From the sequence record SRR31156797_10951: a DNA stretch of 39,276 bases. One strand, 5' to 3'. Under the pieces are notes generated by a model. The model searched no databases and was not told where the DNA came from. It saw only the letters and a program-made list of their open reading frames with translations. Positions 36,895 to 39,276 of the stretch are shown here, one piece after another. The position numbers were made by a program, and so were the translations under genes. The stretch's first letter is position 1. The number at the start of each line of letters is the position of its first letter.

Positions 36895-37518
36895 ATGTCT
36901 GAATCAGCTTTGAGAAAAGTGATGGATCACTCTTCCGCAGGGTTGGCGGCCCGCAAGGCCTTTTTTGACACAAAAGCAGAACTGGTTGTCGAGATATCCC
37001 GTGCAATGGCTGTGTGTCTGGCTGGTGGCGGCAAAATCATGTTTTGCGGCAATGGCGGCAGTGCGGCGGATAGTCAGCATCTGGCCGCAGAACTCACCAA
37101 TAGGATAAAGTTGGAGCGTCCAGCGCTGCCGGGTTTGGCCCTGACGACAGACACTTCGGCTTTGACGGCCATTGCCAACGACTACAGTTTTGATGAAGTT
37201 TTTTCCAAACAGTTGCTTGCTTTGGGACGTCCCGGTGACATGCTGGTTGGTTTTTCCACTTCCGGGACAAGTACCAATGTTATTCGCGCTATGCGTGAAG
37301 CCAAGCGGAATGATATTGTTACTGTGGGCCTGACAGGGCAGAGTGGGGCGGAAATAGCTTCCGTATCAGATTTTTTGGTCACAGTGCCCTCTGGAGAGAC
37401 TGCCATTATCCAGGAAATTCACATTGCGGCTGGACATATGTTTTGCTTTCTCGTGGATCACTTCCTGTTTGAGGCGGTTTCCGAACTGACCCCATATTTG
37501 CCGGACCACGACGTTTAA
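36895..37518 (+). CDS. gmhA: D-sedoheptulose 7-phosphate isomerase
   Basis: Motifs CGNGGSAADSQHLAAE, TAIANDY, STSGTS and IQEIH. Confidence 0.92.
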   Translation: MSESALRKVMDHSSAGLAARKAFFDTKAELVVEISRAMAVCLAGGGKIMFCGNGGSAADSQHLAAELTNRIKLERPALPGLALTTDTSALTAIANDYSFDEVFSKQLLALGRPGDMLVGFSTSGTSTNVIRAMREAKRNDIVTVGLTGQSGAEIASVSDFLVTVPSGETAIIQEIHIAAGHMFCFLVDHFLFEAVSELTPYLPDHDV

Positions 37519-37535
37519 TTTGTTGCTTCGCAAAT

Positions 37536-37568
37536 AAAAAAGCCCCTGCTTGATGCGGGGGCTTTTTT
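37536..37568. terminator. Bidirectional intrinsic terminator
   Basis: AAAAAAGCCCCTGC-ttgat-GCGGGGGCTTTTTT. Confidence 0.88.
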
Positions 37569-37574
37569 GGTGGA

Positions 37575-37955
37575 TTAAAATGTTTCTCGCTTGACTCGTA
37601 TGGTCAATCCTTTGCGGCGTAATCGTTCGGCAAGTGCCTGTGCTCGTTCCAGACTTGGCACAGATGTGATAACAAGTTGCGCTACGCCTTTTTCGTCCCA
37701 TACCCAGATATTTTCCGGCAGTATGATTCCTGTCTGGTCAATGGTTTCAAGCAGTCGTTCTCTGGATTTTTCCCTATTGTCAAAGGAATTTCCATCCAAC
37801 GGTTCTCCACATGCGAGAACCCACCATCCCCGGGGGCGCAGCTTCGGATCGGTTGCTTGCCCGAAGCTTTTTGCGGTCCATTGAGCTTGTTCATGACGGA
37901 CGACGGCAGTCATACGTATGATGCTCTTTTCTATTTCAGCGATATTACAGTTCAT
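37575..37955 (-). CDS. Hypothetical protein (126 aa)
   Basis: The ORF ends at the shared terminator and has an upstream TTGCCA-17-TATTTT promoter. The C-terminus weakly resembles a SPOR-type half domain. Confidence 0.7.
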   Translation of the reverse strand: MNCNIAEIEKSIIRMTAVVRHEQAQWTAKSFGQATDPKLRPRGWWVLACGEPLDGNSFDNREKSRERLLETIDQTGIILPENIWVWDEKGVAQLVITSVPSLERAQALAERLRRKGLTIRVKRETF

Positions 37956-38097
37956 AGTCCATTCTTCTTGTGTTCAAGAGTCGGTTCTCTCTTCAAATAA
38001 AATACTCTGGAGTCCAGGGATTGGCAAGAGCTGGAGTGCGTTTACAGTATCTTTTTCACGCACTTGCCGCCGTGCGCGCCACCATGTATCGTATGGC

Positions 38098-38517
38098 ATG
38101 GTTTATCTTTCCAACCCTATTAAACGTACTCCCATGCAGCGGTTTGTTCGATATCTTTTTGGAACAATTGTGATCGGCTGCCTTGTTTGGGCGTTTTATT
38201 CCATTCCTTACGATATCCTGCGTGAGGAACGAGCTCGACTCTATGGCGAAGAGTTAACCTCCGGTCTGGTGCTTGCTGTCAGCAGTGACGAGACCGGTGG
38301 TATGCCTGACGCTCGGCTTATAGTCGAGTACAAATACGTTGATCCTGACGGGTTTGCTCGAATCGCATCAGCTCGATTGCCTAATAGTATGTGGCAGAAA
38401 TATCGACCCGGTAAAACTGTCAAGGTTATTTATGTCCGTACTCGTCCAGATTTGGCCCGACTACCGGATGAGGTTGAGCCACATTTTCAGGTGTGGTTGC
38501 GTGAGTTGATGGATTAG
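38098..38517 (+). CDS. Membrane-anchored hypothetical protein (DUF3592-like)
   Basis: N-terminal TM, then TSGLVL..VEYKYVDPDG..PGKTVKVIY..RP. Start chosen from the TTGCCG-17-TATCGT promoter just upstream. Confidence 0.72.
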   Translation: MVYLSNPIKRTPMQRFVRYLFGTIVIGCLVWAFYSIPYDILREERARLYGEELTSGLVLAVSSDETGGMPDARLIVEYKYVDPDGFARIASARLPNSMWQKYRPGKTVKVIYVRTRPDLARLPDEVEPHFQVWLRELMD

Positions 38518-38527
38518 TCGGCGTTGA

Positions 38528-39121
38528 TTATTCGTATTGTTTCGGGAATTTTTCCCCCATGAGATATTCCATGGCTTCACGGTCTATGGTTTCTGAGGCT
38601 ATGAAGAATTCAAGGCCCAAGATCATTGGGTGATAGGTAAGGCCGTGTGGTAGTTCGTCGGCTTGTCCATGCAGAAAGCGTTCGGCTGGAATAGCTTCAT
38701 TGACATTAATGATGCCATCTTTGTGCAGCGCGGATGGCATCACGTGGTCAAGGATGACACCGCCGGGAAGCGTTGTCCAAAGATGATAGGCCCCCATCTC
38801 TTCTTCACCGGTTTTGTTTTCGATCATTTTCTTGAAATCTATCAGTGTGACCGGAAGGCGCATTTCGCCGTTGACTGACACATTACCCATGGTGATAACG
38901 CCACCGGGAATGTGAAATTTCTTGGTCAACATGTGGAACATTCCGAAGTTTACAGACATGGCCTTGCCTGCTCGTTCGGCAAAGGGGATGTGTCCGGTTT
39001 CTTCCACTGCATTGAGGATAGTCTGATCAATGGGGAAGGGCGTTTCGGAAACGGCAAATTCACCAAGATTCAGCTTCTTTGTTCGTGAGGCCGCAGCCTT
39101 GAATTCTTTGAGGTAGCTCAT
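38528..39121 (-). CDS. Hypothetical protein, possible transglutaminase/papain-like fold lacking the catalytic Cys
   Basis: ITMGNV and YHLWTTLPGGVILD patterns. The start is ATG 39121 or TTG 39139. Confidence 0.75.
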   Translation of the reverse strand: MSYLKEFKAAASRTKKLNLGEFAVSETPFPIDQTILNAVEETGHIPFAERAGKAMSVNFGMFHMLTKKFHIPGGVITMGNVSVNGEMRLPVTLIDFKKMIENKTGEEEMGAYHLWTTLPGGVILDHVMPSALHKDGIINVNEAIPAERFLHGQADELPHGLTYHPMILGLEFFIASETIDREAMEYLMGEKFPKQYE

Positions 39122-39276
39122 GAGTTTGTGGGGTAGCAATTTTGTTTTTTTGGGGCAAGGGATACCTTGCGATAGTTTGTTTTTAGGGTGCGAGTGAGGA
39201 TGTCTCCCAATCAGTCTTTGGTTAGATTGGGCGTCTTTTTGGGATAGGCGTTGCGTGCTTCGCAGTGAGGGTGCAA

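Overview
A gene-dense core-chromosome window from a sulfate-reducing bacterium. Desulfovibrionaceae, probably Pseudodesulfovibrio-like, is inferred from gene content and protein style only. It holds about 42 CDSs: the start of ppiC, a LOG/threonine aldolase/SGNH/PNPOx-like operon, nhaA, and the rpmH-rnpA-yidD-yidC-jag-mnmE cluster (without dnaA). It continues with LUD and UPF0280 genes, two PAS-GGDEF diguanylate cyclases, a periplasmic [NiFe] hydrogenase with inverted maturation genes, a SAM methyltransferase, icd, cobB and trpB2. The right end carries a META-META-Omp85 operon, nagZ, a rhomboid protease, znuCB, purU, gmhA and several hypotheticals. I saw no rRNA, tRNA, CRISPR array, IS or prophage. 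The most interesting signals are small ones the ORF track does not show. (1) An unannotated 23-codon aromatic-rich leader peptide with terminator and antiterminator lies upstream of trpB2. (2) rnpA has no canonical start codon and probably starts at AUU inside rpmH. (3) A TusA-like small gene is coupled to mnmE. (4) The hydrogenase leader carries NikR-like and Rex-like sites and competing hairpins. (5) A sigma54-type promoter precedes a methyltransferase with an inserted Ig-like domain. (6) One protein looks transglutaminase-like but has no Cys. (7) Several genes are probably leaderless. All family calls come from recognising motifs by eye; no database searches were run.
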